This document shows, piece after piece, positions 1 to 13,269 of a stretch of DNA of 64,000 nt. Every line of letters starts with the position of its first letter. Positions within the stretch are counted from its first letter, which is position 1. The notes under the pieces are model-generated. The model saw nothing but the letters and a program-made list of their open reading frames with translations. It did no database searches and had not been told where the DNA came from. The stretch covers positions 9,987,045-10,051,044 of the forward strand of contig NC_057746.1 of NCBI RefSeq assembly GCF_004010195.1. Reading direction: 5' to 3'. Origin of the DNA: Chiloscyllium plagiosum (taxonomy: Eukaryota). Made by a program: the position numbers and the translations under genes.

Positions 1-1205
1 GCATCTAGGCCATGTATAAAAATGACAATCAGCAGTGGTCCCAAAACAAATCCTTGTGGCAGACCACCAGTAACCAGACGCCAGACTTAAATATTTCCAT
101 CAACTACTACTCTCTGCCTTCTTACAGAAAGTCAGTTTCTAATCCAAAGTGCTAAATCACCCACAATACCTCGCCTCTGCATTTTCTCCAACAGCCTACC
201 ATTTGGACCTTTATTAAAGGCCTTAATGAAGTCCATGTACACCACGTCAACTGTCCTATCCTCATCCACATGCTTGGCCACCTTCTCAAAAAACTCAATG
301 AGGTTTGTGAGACATGACCTGCCCTTGACGAAACTATGTTGGCTATCTGTAATCAAATTCTTATTTGTTAGATGATTTTAAATCCTATATCTTACAATCC
401 TTTCCACAACTTATTCCACAACAGACGTAAGGCTCACAGGTCTATAATTACCCGGTCATCTCTACTGCCCTTCTTCAACAAAAGCATAACATTTACAATC
501 AGACAGTCCTCTAGTACAAGCTTGTAGACAATGACGACTCAAAGATCAAAGCTCAAGGCTCCAACACATCCTCCCTGGATTTCCAGAGAATCCTCCGATA
601 AATCCCACATCTCCACAGGGTCCACGCACAACTTTCCACTTCTGTCTTTGATTGGCCCTATTCCTACTGCAGTCATCCTTTTAATCCTCACTTACCGACA
701 GAAAGCTGTAGGGTTCTCCTTTATTCTACCTGCTAAAGACTGCTCATGTCCTCTGTTTGCTCTTCGTAACCCATTCTTTAAATCCTTCCTAGCTAATCTG
801 TAACTCTCCATTGCCTTGACTGAATTATCTTGTCTCATCGTCACATTAGCCTCCTTCTTCTGCTTAACAAGAGATGCAATTTCAGTAGAAAAACATAGCT
901 CCCTTACCTTGTCACTTCCACCCTGCCCGACAGGGACGTTTAATATCTATTCCTCAAACCAGCTCCACATTTCGATTTTCCCTGTACCTTGCATTTTGCT
1001 ACCCCATTTTATGCATCCTAAGTCTTGCCTAATCGCATCATAATTTCCTTTTTCCCATCGATAATTCTTACTCTGTGGGATGTACATATCCCTTTCCATT
1101 GCTAAACTATCTGAATTATGGTCACTTTCTCCAAATTGCTCACCTACCACTAAATCAAACACCTGGCCTAGTTCATTACCAAGCACCAGACCCAGTGTGG
1201 CCTCG
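1..1205 (-). mobile_element. CR1-clade LINE ORF2 fragment (RT region), degraded
   Basis: Minus-strand ORFs give the CR1 RT motifs SQHSFVKGRSCLTNLIEFFE...VDVVYMDF.KAF (132-356) and LGLVLGNELGQV...GESDHNS (947-1324). Confidence 0.9.
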
Positions 1206-2235
1206 GTGTGCTCGTTTCTGATCTTTTCTTCGTGGTTATTCCACCTGTTCAACTGTACCGCTGACAACTTTGGGAGGATAGTCAATTCGATTGTTATTCC
1301 AGATTGCTGGAAACACCCGGACACAAGACACTATATAACGATGCTGTACTCTGTAATTTACTGAAGGAATTTAATACACAACTGACAAGCCGAGATAAGT
1401 TGCTCACCTGAAACTCGAATACCTAGTGGGTTCTCACTCATCACGAAGTAATTCCCACCCCATCATAGACGTCTTGAGCGATTTACAAATCGATTCTCAA
1501 CATTTGATGGAGAAAAAACCTGTTCAGTCGGTTGATGAATCCATCTTCTGTGTACAGCGAGTCCACTGGCAGGATTTGAACAGAAATGAATAATATTTGT
1601 TGGGCAACAAAAACTGCAATAACTCCAAAATCTCGAATGTCATTTATAACTATGAAATCAATATGACTGTATGCATTTGGTGGAGGCAAATTCGTAGCTC
1701 AGTTTAACTATCACCATACTTCGTTTTGGAACATCATCTCAGACTCAACTGTCATCTGGTAATTTTCTGTCTATTTGGCTTCATATCTAACATTGCCTGA
1801 TCTTAGTTAAATTCAGTGAATTTCAAATGGTACAGATAAAATCGGAGTGTGCTAAGTGGCAGGAAGTCTTCCCTCGGTGCTTTGTTGGCGTATAACAACA
1901 TTATCCCCCCTTTGGTCAGGTTGCTACATCTGGAAATATTTGTATAAACAAACTGCAGCAACATTAACCGTGAAGTGATCCTGAAATTAACATTGGACAC
2001 GGTAGCAAAGTACGGTTAATACGCTGTGAAATGCTGACAAATGGTGAGGGGACCAACAAGAGAGAAAAACATACCTAACGTTATCCTTCCCAATCTGCCA
2101 GCTGCAGAAACATCTGTCCATGACAGTATCTTTAAGCGTGACCATCGCACAGCCCTTGTGAAGACAAAGGTCTGTCTTCATGTTGACTTCATGATTATTA
2201 TCTTCTTTGTGTTTGTGGCACTATCACTGTGCTAA
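1206..2235 (+). pseudogene. Possible decayed, intronless Ig-superfamily membrane protein gene (V-like + C2/I-like domain + TM)
   Basis: Reading across frames gives ISNVIYNYE/QYDC (about 1630-1670; Ig F-strand pattern I.NV...DE..Y.C), C*VAGSLPSVLCWR (1850-1891), ILKLTLDTVAKYG/RCEMLTNGEGT (about 1978-2055) and hydrophobic MIIIFFVFVALSLC (2191-2232). Many stops and frameshifts. Confidence 0.4.
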
Positions 2236-2239
2236 ATGG

Positions 2240-3420
2240 GACAGACTTTAAACAGATCGAGCAACTCAAAACTGGGCATCCATGAAGTGCAGTGGTGCAT
2301 CATCAGAGCAAAATTCAGTCCAACACAATCTGTATTCTCATGGCCCAGCATATCCCCCAGTCAATAATTACCATCAAACGAGGGGATCAACCCTGGTTCA
2401 ATGGGGAGTGCAGGTGGGCATGCTAGGAACAGCATCACTCATATCTGAAGGTGAGGGGTCAACCTGGTGAAGCTACCAAACAGGACAACTTGCTGCCGAG
2501 CAAAATAAACAGAAAGTGGAAGGGACTTATGTCAGCTATAGGACATCTCAGCAGAAGTTCCTTGGGAGTTCATCCGAGGCCCAACCATATTCACCTGCTT
2601 CATCAATGACTTTCCATCACATGGTCAGAAGTGGGGATGTTTCCTGATGATTATTAAATGTTCTCAACTCTGACTAGCTTGGGATGACATGTGGCAAGTA
2701 ACATTCAAGTCACACAAATGCCAGGCTATGACCATCACTAACAACAGACAATCTAATCACTGACCGTTGATGGTGTTACCATCACTGAATTCCCCACTGT
2801 CAAAATCCTGGGAGATACCATTGACTAGAAACTCAACTAAACTCACCACATAAACATAATGGCTACAGCGGCTAGGAATGTTGCAGTGAGTAACCCACCT
2901 CCTGAAACGCCCAACACCTGTCCACCATCGAAAAGACACAAGTCAGGAGTGTGGTGGAATACTCTCCATTTGCCTGGATAAGTGCAGTTCCAACAACACT
3001 CAAGAAACCTGACACCTTCAGGAAAAAGCAGGGTGTTTCATTGCCACTATATCCACAGACAACCACTCCCTTCACCACTGTTGCTCAGTAGCAACAGTGT
3101 GTACCAATTACAAGACACACAGCAGAAATTCAGTAAAGATCCTCAAACAGCACCTTCCAAACACACAATCACTTCCATCTAGAAGGGCAAGGACAGCAGG
3201 TACTTGCGAACACCACCACCTGCAAGTTCCCTTCAAAACCACCTGCTATCATAACTTGAACATATATCGCTGTTCCTTTAGTGTCACTGGGACAAAATCC
3301 TGGAATTCTCTCACTAAGGACATTGAGGGTCAACCAACTCCACATAGACTGCAGCAGTTCAAAAAGGCAGGGCACCATAACCTTCTCAAGAGCACTAGAG
3401 AGGACCAATAAATTTTGGCG
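2240..3420 (+). mobile_element. CR1/L2-group non-LTR retrotransposon, internally deleted, with 3' end
   Basis: RT remnants (GP.IF.CFIND, degenerate FADD-like motif near 2640) and C-terminal motif KSWNSL...PTPHRLQQFKKAGHHNLLK, followed by AATAAA and an A-rich tail. Confidence 0.75.
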
Positions 3421-4067
3421 AGGCATTGAATAAATAAAACAAAAAAAAAACCCATAATGTTCTCTTCTCCACTGGAACAGGCAAAGTGGGGATGTGATGG
3501 ACATTGAAGAGTTAGAGAGCAGTAGCAACTTTCACATTAGGAAGATGAAGGTATTGAGCAGGAGGAACATCGCATTCTGTATGACAGATATAACAATGCC
3601 AAGATGACATGAATTATACTCAAATCCAGTAGATGAGAGCCGCACTGTTCATTTAGTGACTGTACATTTGTTGATGGAAAAGCCAAAGTTTTCAATCTCC
3701 ATCTCTGAAGCGAATGCAGCTTTTCTTTTATTTTGTTTACTTTCGCTGTTGCTGAATTAAAGTGAAGGTTTTCAGCTGCGTGAAGGTGTCTCTTCAGTAT
3801 ATGATCCTCTCCCAATGATGCTTGAGAAGATGTTGAGGTACTCTAGATGTGAATAAACGTGAAATACTCCCTCAGGTAGAATTCTAAGGTGATTGGCAAT
3901 CCAGCTGAGGGCTCTTTAGAAAGAGTGACCTTAATATGATAAAACTCTTTATCAATGTGCAGAGTGATATAATTAATTCTGAGATTAGGGTCCTACACCT
4001 AAACTAAGGAAACTATAATGCTATGAGGAGCAAGCTGGCTATGATAAATTAGGGAACATCACTAATT

Positions 4068-4332
4068 GACCCGGATTCTATTCTCGCCTCAGGCGACTGA
4101 CTGTGTGGATTTTTCATCCTCGTGTCTACGTGGGTTTCCTCCGGGTGCTCCGGTTTCCTCCCACAGTCTAAAGATGTGCAAGTCAGTTGAAGTGGCCATG
4201 ATAAATTGCCCGTAGTTTTAGGTGAAGGGTTACATGTAGGGTATGGGTGGGTTGCGCGTCAGCGGGTCGGTGTGAACTTGTTGGGCCAAAGGGCCTGTTT
4301 CCATACTGTAAGTAATCTAATCTAGTCTAATC
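4068..4332 (+). mobile_element. HE1-like tRNA-derived SINE (V-SINE core, CR1-derived tail)
   Basis: Core gtgggtttcctccgggtgctccggtttcctcccacagt and tail gggcctgtttccatactgtaagt(aatct)n. Confidence 0.85.
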
Positions 4333-4388
4333 ACTGTAAGAGATGACAGTGATAGACAATGGCAAACATTTCTAATTTTAAAGACAAA

Positions 4389-4942
4389 TGTAACATGCTA
4401 ATTCAATTGTTCAAATTACTCAACATTATGTAAAACACAACTTATTCAAAACACAAAATACAACAAAAGAAACAAAGACTTTGAATAACTTAACTCTATT
4501 GGAAAAATTAATAATATAATAGACATTGCAACTACTGCTAATGTACGCTTCCTGTATAATAACATCTCATAAACGTACCTCTTGGCAAAATAACAAATTC
4601 AGAAAAAGATTTGTCTCACAGATTTCTCAGAAACAGAGAGAAACCCCAGCCTCTAACTGTAACTAGAGAGAGAAAATATAACTTCTAATACTTCAAAACT
4701 CTGCCTCGTTGAGACTCCAATAGCAACTGCTTTAAGTTAAACCTAAAAACTAAAAAAAATCTAGAAATTTTGGCCCCACCCAACCATGCTGCTTCTATTG
4801 TTCCAACTTCAAAAAGAAAACGCCGAGGCCTCAAAAGTTGTTTACTTAATTATTGTTCAAACTGGCCAGCTCTGTTCCAGTCTTAAATCCTCTCTTTAAA
4901 AAGAGAAGCACAAAATTACCTCTTAAACCCATAGCATCATCA
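4389..4942 (-). mobile_element. Putative solo LTR inserted in CR1
   Basis: TG...CA ends. The minus-strand start (tgatgatgctatgggtttaaga) resembles the LTR start at 44834 (tgtgaagatgtaatggctttaaga). No clear TSD. Confidence 0.4.
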
Positions 4943-7900
4943 GAATATGAAAAGAAAGAACGAGTGAAAAGAAATGTAGATCCCTTACAGTCAGAAACAG
5001 AGAAAGTTATAATGTGACGTACAAAGAGTTGACAGACCAATTGAAAATATAATTTAATTCTTTCCTCACAAGGGAGGACACAAACAATATTCCAAAGTGT
5101 TGATGAACATATGACAGAGAGGAACAGTAGGAAATCAGTTTCAGTAGGAAAAAGATGTTAGGGATGTTGAAGTTTTTAAAGGCCGACAGGTCCCAAGAGC
5201 GCAACAATTTACATCCTAAAGTGTTGAACGAAGTTCCCCGAGAAAGAATGGTTGCACTGGTTGCCATCTTTCTAGATTCTCTCGACTCTAGAACTGTTGT
5301 TATGGATTAGACGGTAGTTAATGTAACCCCATTATTTAAAAGGGAGACAGAGAGAAACCTGTTCTGAAAGGGCAGTTATTGTCGACAAATCTCCTGAAAT
5401 TTTTAAAGGATGTGGCTAGTGGAATTTTTTTGAGGAATCAGGATATGTGGTTTACCTGGACTACGAGAAGGCTTTCAATAACGTCCCATATGAGAGATTA
5501 ACATGCAAAATTAAAGTATATGAGATTGGGGGTAGTGAATTGACATGGATGGAAAACTGGTTATAGTCATGAAACAAGAGTAGAAATAAATGGAACATTT
5601 TCCGAGTGGCAGCAGGTGACCAATGGGTATGGCAGGATCGGTGCTTGGACCCAAGCGAACATGTGCAATCTGAAAGTGAAAACCGTAAACTGGCGTTTTA
5701 GATTTGGATAAAGCCAACTTTAACAAAATCAATCAGAGTCTACCACAGTAAATTGGGGTAATCTGCTCATTGGTCAAACAACTGGAACACAGTCTAGCAT
5801 GTTTAAGAAAAAACATTCAAAATAATACAAAATCAGTTTGTAACTCTGAGAGGAAAATGCTCCATTTAACAGAAAACAACATTCAGGACATCTGAAGAGA
5901 TAACAGTAAAACTAAAATAAAGGGCTTACAAAAATGCAAAATAAAAGCACAAATTCTTCAGAATGGCAAACGTATAAAGACAACCGAAGGGCCACAAACC
6001 AGCTTATAGGATTTATCATAAAGGATCAATAAAGGAAACTTACCAGGGATATTAAAATCAAGAAATATTGTAACTACATAAAGGAAATGGTCAGGAGGAA
6101 TGTTGGCTTACTAATGACTGAAACTGGGTTAATGTCAATGACTATCAGGAAATGGCAGACATGTTTAATAATTACTTTGTCTCGGTAGAAGAAAATAAAA
6201 CATTTACAGCAGTAAAGGATAAAAGCTTGTCAGAAGTCATGAGGAAGTTAATAGTAGATTGGGAACAGAGACTGAATAAACATTTATATTGTATAAAATA
6301 TTTGAAATGAGGAAATTAATGGAATTAAAGAGTAACAAATTACAGGACCGGACAGTTTCCATCCTAGGATGCTAAAGGAAGTAGAGGAGCTTTCAGAGTT
6401 CGCCAGACACAGAAGTCAACCCTCTAGATTGAAACATTGTACATGTCACTCCACTTTTTAAGAAGCATCAAAGAAGAACGCCAGGAAATGTTCCACCAGT
6501 TAGTCTAATATCTGTGATGGAGAAATTGTTGGAGTCGAAATCAAAGATCAGTTAACTGAACACCTTGAAATTTTTCAGTTAATCAGGAAGTGCCAGCATG
6601 GATTCAGTGACAGGTAGTTCATGCCTGACAAACCTCATTCAATTTTGTGAAATTGTGACTCATGTCTGTGGATTTGTTTATATCGACGTCGAGAAGGCAC
6701 TTGATAAACTCCCACATAATAGAGTGTTAACTAATGTCAAAGGCGACATAATTGAGGGCACATTAATGATAGGGCTGGGAAATTGCTTGAGTGACAGGCG
6801 ACAAAGTAGAGATAATGGGTAGGTATTCAAATTGACAGGATTGTACCTGTTGTCCCACATAGATCTGTGTTGTTTCCTCAATTATTCACCTTATCTATTA
6901 ACTAGTTGGATAATGGCATACAAAGTCATATATCCAAATTTGCTGATGACACAAAATTAGACGACGTTATAAACAGTGTAGAAGGTGGCATAAAATTGCA
7001 ATTGACATTGATAGAACAAGGGAATGGGCAAAAATGTGGCAGTTGGAGTTCAATTTAAGTAAGTGTGAGACTATCGTTTTTGAAACAAAAAACGGATAGA
7101 TCATTTCTTGATTAAATGACATTGAATACTGTGGATGTCCACAAATTTGGGTTTCAGGTGCATAGATTTTGTAACGTCACAAACAGGTGCACAAAATAAT
7201 CAAGAAATTTAGCCTTTATATCTCGATAATGGAATACAAGTTGCAGAAGTTACGAGTGCAGACTTTACGCTGCAGTTTTCTACAGGGGTGTAAACCCATA
7301 ACTCGAACCCACTTGGAGTACTGTGAGCAGACCACACTTTCGAAACAAAGTATTGATCTTGGACTGAGTAGAACGCAGGTTTAAAAGAATGATACCTGTA
7401 CTTCAGGAGTTATGAGCTCAGATTGTCGAAATTAGGCTTGTTTTCTTTGTAGAATTTAGCAGGTTCAGAGGTGATTCCATCTAAGTCCTCAAGCTATTGT
7501 CAGGCAAAGACAGGATTGGTAAACATAAACGATATCCACAGGTTGGGGATTCCAGAATTAGAGTTATAGCCTGTGATGTCAAGAGGATTACAAGAGATAT
7601 TCAGAAGCACTTCTCCACTCAAAGGGTGGTAGATGTTCTGAACACTCTCCCATAAACAGCAGTGGATGCAGGATCAGTTGTTAATTTTACATCTGACATA
7701 AGTAAGTTATTGTTAAACAGAACTGTTAAGGAATGGGCCAAAGACAGTAGATGGAGTTAGGCCATGGATCAGCAGTGATCTCACTGAATGGTGAAATAGG
7801 TTTGAGGGGCTCACTCCTGTTCCTACGTTTCTCTGTCTCAGAATTACTAGAATGGTTTCAAATATATGGACATTGTACAGGATTATGTATTTATATGGCA

Positions 7901-8229
7901 CGAAGAAATAATTGGAGGTGTCATTATTGGACCTTGAAGACTGCATTCCTTTAATCTAATTTTGGGATCCATTCCAACCTTTTCAAACCTTATCCAGATT
8001 TTCTGAAGTCAGAGTCTGACAACCAGAATGATTTACCGAATTCTTCTCGCAGAATCTGAAGGACTTTCAGACTTTGCAGAACTTAGACTGTTTATTCGTT
8101 TTGTGTGAAGGCATTTCTCACATGATATCAATCTTATTCTACAGTCCATTTATGAAGTTCCATCTCATGAATCCACATCAGAGTTGACCAGACCATGTAT
8201 ACAGCCATTCCATTGTCCTGGCTTGTGAT

Positions 8230-8800
8230 TCAAGGGTCTAATAGAAAACAAACAAGCAAAACTAATGTCATTGACAAAATACCGTGCAAGGACAGTAAGA
8301 AACACTACATTGGACAAACAGGCAGAAAACTATCCACCAGGATACATGGACACCAACTAGCCACAAAAACACACGACCCTCTCTCACGAGTATCCTCACA
8401 TACGGATGAGGAAGGACACAACTTCAACTAGGACAACACATCCATCCTTGGACAAGCCAAACAAACACAGGCACAAGAATTCCGAGAAGCATGGCGTTCC
8501 AATCGGACATCTATCAAAAAACACATCAAGTAGACTCCACCTACCACGCCCTGAAAAAAGGAACCGGAAGTAACTTCGCCACAGGAAATAACATCACCAC
8601 AGGTAGTGACATCACCAACCCAAAAATACCCAAACATATAAATAGAAAGCAGGAATTTTCAGCATTGCTTTGCCTGAGGTCCAATGAAGATGCTACTTAG
8701 TAGGATTATGAATCATCTGAAAATGATCCTTCCAGCTCAGCGAGGAAACATATATCCAAACCCCAACCTGAACCACAAATCTCCTCAAAACTCACGAATG
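8230..8800 (+). mobile_element. Penelope-like element 3' end (GIY-YIG endonuclease)
   Basis: NVIDKIPCKDSKKHYIGQTGRKLSTRIHGHQ is a GIY-YIG motif; a degenerate hammerhead-like tail follows near 8680-8720. Confidence 0.85.
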
Positions 8801-9089
8801 TTATTCTTTATTGTGACCTGATTCATGAACTGGCTGATCTACACAGCCAGTTTTTTTTTATTGTTATTCCTTGATGAGGACTGATTTCTGAGCTGACTGA
8901 CCACACAGTCAGAGTGTAACTGCTTTATTTCAGCTCTCTCCAGAGAACTGTTGTTTCACTGGCTGCTTGCAGCCTGTGTGCTACTCTTTGTTCTTTTCAA
9001 GGCATCGACAATGCTTATTTTGCAGCAGGGTCAGCTCTTGCACTATGGATTTTTAATGTCTGCACCTCCTTTTTTGCACGTGTTTTCAC

Positions 9090-10330
9090 TTTTTAAAATT
9101 TGGACTGAGCCCCTGTGAGTCAACTGCACGTTTACAAATGAACTCTATCTCTGAGAGTGGGCCTGAGCATCTGTAGCCGGACCAAACCTCTGTAGAGACT
9201 GAACAACTGTGTGTGATATGAGGTGAGCATTCGTTGCATAATGGAATGCACTCTGCCTTTTTGATGATTGGATTTATCACCTGCACTGCCTTGTGTGTCC
9301 CTGGGTCTGGCAGGCCTTGCTGTGAGCCGGGAAGCTCATAGGTTGGCCAGAAAGCTGTCATTCCGAGAACCTGACGGTGAGTAGGCCGTCCCAAGAACTG
9401 GAGGGTGGGGTGGCCATTCTGAAGCCAGACGGTGGGAGGGCTGTCATGAGTGACCTCATCCTAAGGAGGGAACTGGACGGGCTACCCTAGACATGGCTGC
9501 AAGGTGTGTCAGGGCTGCAGACCGAGAGCCTGAATGGGAGCAAGGGTGGGCCGAGAGCTGGAATGGGCATGGGGTGGGCTGTCTTTGAGTGGCCAGAAGA
9601 TGGGAGACGCGGGCTGGTTGCTTGTTTACCAGGAGTGTCTGTGTAATATGCACTGTTTCATTGTTTTGTTTATTAGACTGTTTTGTGTGTGTTTGTGACT
9701 ACTGTTTCCTTTTTAGTGAGTTAATTTGGGATTTGGGGTTCGTCTGCATTTCCCTGAGAATTGGTTGCACAGTGGGGTTTGGGGCTTGACTGGCTGCGCC
9801 TTTTCCCTGTAAGTTGCTGTGTATTGTAAACTGTTGTTTAGTGTTCACTGTTGACTGGTTGCATTTTGTACAGTTTAAAAAAAAAACAAAAAAAATACAC
9901 ATAACCAGGGTATCCAGACAATCTCACTTCAGGAACTGATTGAGTGGCTGGTTCCAACCAGTGACCCTGGGGAGTATTGTTATTAGGTTCTTTTCTTTGT
10001 GAGAAACTGACCCTTTAATTATCTGACCACAGCCAGTGGTTTGATGGTTGGGGCGAGGGGCGGTGGGGAGAGGGGGGGCGCTTTCTTCTATTAACGAAGC
10101 TGGGTTTCAGCAGTACTGTTATTTTGGCGAAGATGTGGGAATGAAAGAGTCAATTTGGCGACGGGATTATGCTTTGTTCCACGGTGAGCTGTTTGAAATG
10201 AACTTCTAACCTGCCCTGCCTCAACTTCTGTGCATTGACCGAACCGAACCTCCATGGTGGGCCCGACCTCATTGAATAGGCCGATTCGCTGCATGGCGAC
10301 GAGGGCTTGGAGGTGCTGATGTTGGTCGGG
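9090..10330 (+). mobile_element. Degraded Tx1/L1-like LINE fragments
   Basis: GT-rich 3' UTR-like segment ending in an A-rich tail at 9877-9895, and an ORF1-like remnant at 10100-10330. Weak similarity only. Confidence 0.35.
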
Positions 10331-10427
10331 TGTGGCCAAAGTTAAACATCAAACAACACCAGGTTATAGCCCAAAAGGTTTATTTGGAAGTACTAACTTT
10401 CAGAGCGCTGCTCCTTCATCAGGTGGG
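10310..10427 (-). mobile_element. Short Penelope-derived repeat with hammerhead motif (family 2)
   Basis: Minus strand reads ccac-CTGATGA-aggagcagcgctct-GAAA-gtta...aaacc...tataacctggtgttg; same family as 20066 and 27500. Confidence 0.75.
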
Positions 10428-11221
10428 TATGGATATTACGATTATTCTCTTACAATTTATAACCAAAGGAGTCCAGTATTATGGAGATGTGATACAGGAA
10501 ACAATCTGAGATTTTTAATTAAAGCCACAGGATTAAGAGAACTCCTCACTTCAGGGACTGACGCAAAGCTGGCTGGCCACAGCTAGTGTACTGTGTATAA
10601 GTAAATAAAAATTACTTGCCGATGGACCCGGCCTCTGTGCTGCTATTTTAGTCTGTAGAGCCCAGACTGAGCCCTTGTGTATATGCCTGGGCATTTGTGT
10701 GCAGATCAAAAGCTTTTGTGCAGGCCCTGGGCTGTATTTCCTATACAGGAAATAAAGGCAAATTCCATTCAACTCATAATGCAGCTTGACATGAATATAG
10801 TAATTCCTCGAATTTTCTGAAAAGAATTATGATTTTGCAAAAAATATATAACCAGGAGATTCAGCGAATCTCCAGACTTCAGGGTCTGTATCAGCCTGTG
10901 GACTGTGTGCATAAGTGAATTGAAGGATGACTTGGCGACAGAAACAAGCCTCTGTGCTGCTGTTTTGCTGAGTGGATCCTGGAGTGAATCCTTGTACTGT
11001 ATGTGGATTGAGATTCCACATGTGTATACCGCGCCTTCGGAAGTGCACCATGCCTTTCCAGTATACCGTGTCCTTGCGGTAGACTGACTCTTAGTGTGCG
11101 GACCATGTCTCGGTGTGTGGTCTGTGTTCCGTGTATCGACTGAGCATGCCTCCGAGTGAGGACTCTACCTCTGAGTGTGGACTGTGTCGGGTATTTGAAC
11201 CATGCCTCTGTGTGTTTCCAA

Positions 11222-12440
11222 GTAGGATTGATGAGGGCGGAGCGGTCGATATGATCTATTTGGACTTCAGTAAGCCGTTTGAGAAGGTTCCACAAGGGAG
11301 ACTGGTTAGCAAGATTAGATCTCATGGAATACCGGGAGAGCTAGTCATTTGGAGACAGAACTGGCTCAATGGTAGAAGACAGAGGGTGGTGGTGGAGGGT
11401 TGTTTTTCAGACTGGAGACCTGAGACCAGTGTAGTGCCACAAGGATAGGTGTTGGGTCCACTACTTTTCGTCATTTACATAAATGATTTGGATGTGAACA
11501 AAGGAGGTATGGTTTGTAAGTTTGCAGATTACACCAAAGTGAGAGGTGCATTGGGTAGTGAAAAAGGTTAACTCAGACTACAAAGGGATCTTGATCAGAT
11601 GGGGCCAATGGGCTGAGGAGTGGCAGATGAAATTTAATTTAGATAAATGTGATGTACTGCATTTGGAGAAAGCATATCTTAGCAGGACCTATATTCTTAA
11701 TGGTAAGGTCCTTGGGAGTTTTGATGAACAAAGAGACCTTGGAATGCAGGCCCATAGCTCCTTGAAAGTAGAGTCCCAGCTAGATAGGATAGTGAAGAAG
11801 ACGTTTGGTATGTTTCCCTTTACTGGAGAGAGCATTGAGTATAGCTTTTGGGAGGTCATGTTGCAGCTGTACATGACATTGGTTCGGCCACTTTTGGAAT
11901 ATTGTGTGCAGTTCTGGTCTCCTTACTATCGGAAGGATGTTGGGAAACTTGAAAGGGTTGAGAAAACATTTACAAGGATGTTGGTAGGGTTGGAGGATTT
12001 GTGCTGTAAGGAGAGGTTGGATTGGCTGCGGCTGTTTCGCTGGAGGATTGGAGGCTGAGCAGTGAGCTTAGAGGTTTACAAAATCATGAAGAGCGTGGGT
12101 GGAATAAATAGACAAAGTCTTTTCGCTAGTGTGGGCGAGTCTAGAACGAGAGGGCATAGGTTTATTGAGAGAGGGGAAAGATATAAAGGAGACCTGCCGG
12201 GCAGCCTTTTCATGCAGTTTGGTGTGTGAATGGAATGAAATGTCAGAGGAAGTGGTGGAGGTTGGTACACTGCAACATTTAAAAGGCATCTGAATGGGTA
12301 TATGAATAGGAACGGTTTGGAGGGATATGGGCCAGGTGCCGGCAAATGGGATTAGATTAGGTTGGGATATCTGGTCGGCATGGACGAATTGGACCAAAGG
12401 GCATGTTTCCACATTGTACATCTGTGACTGTGTACTCTAT
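11222..12440 (+). mobile_element. 5'-truncated CR1 (HER1-like) LINE, RT to 3' end
   Basis: AVDMIYLDFSKPFEKVP...VPQG and LVRPLLEYCVQFWSPYYRKD, followed by the CR1 3' UTR. Confidence 0.92.
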
Positions 12441-13269
12441 GACTGTGCGACTTGACCGATAGCTTGACTTTTGTGTCGGGAATATCTGAAAAAAATATTC
12501 TATTGTTTGAAATAAAATGTGTTTCTGTACGATGTTCTATGTCAACAGCTCTGCTCTTCAGCAAATTGCCTGGTGCACCGTGACTTTGCCATGTTGGAGA
12601 TTCTGCAACATTATGTGAACTCTGAATTTACTGTTTAAAATGCAATGTGATTTTTCACAGTGTTCTAGATATTTTGCCATTCATCGTGTTTGAGACATTG
12701 TAACATGGTGTGGACTTTTGAGTTTACTGTTTAAACTGAGATGTCTTTTCACAATATGTTGTATGTTAATGTCTCTGCTCTCTTTGATCTGTTTTGCTGT
12801 TATGTACTGTGTCTGTGACGTTATGAAAATTTTTGAATATAAGAAAATATAACCGGGAAAAATATTTATGTATAACACCAGGGGATTCAGAATCTCCTTA
12901 CTTCAGAGGCTGACTCAACATGCTGGCCAGAGCAGTGCAATGTGCACTTGTAAACAAAGGGATGATGGAATACCGGCCTCTTTGCACTTACTTTATATCT
13001 GAATCATCCAAAATCCCTTGGTGTACTGAAGTTTGCAGTCCCCATGTGGTGAAGATAATGTATTCTGATTGACCTGTCAACAGTTACAAGGTACTTCAGG
13101 ACTCTCAAAACAAACTGCTAACTTTCGCCTGACAATGGATGATGATCGGCCCTGTCTGTCTATGAATGGTCGAGTCAATAACCGAACGCCCTTCCCAATT
13201 CTGTTTGGTCCACTGGATAGGTAGCCGTAATACTCCTCACTGTTTGGTCTATTTTCACCAGGGAACAGA

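Larger units (their letters stand above)
3960..7830 (+). mobile_element. Two old CR1 LINE copies in tandem (endonuclease-RT-3' end remnants), interrupted by a SINE and an LTR-like segment
   Basis: SCLTNLIQF...VYIDVEKALDKLPH (6598-6822), aaatttgctgatgacacaaaa (KFADDTK, about 6937-6957), RTHLEYC (about 7300) and CR1 3' end near 7800. Confidence 0.85.

Noticed and set aside
11040-11220. Degenerate gagtgtggac/gtgtcgggtat repeats as a structured element
   Set aside because: Too diverged to define a period or boundaries by eye; probably a decayed minisatellite.
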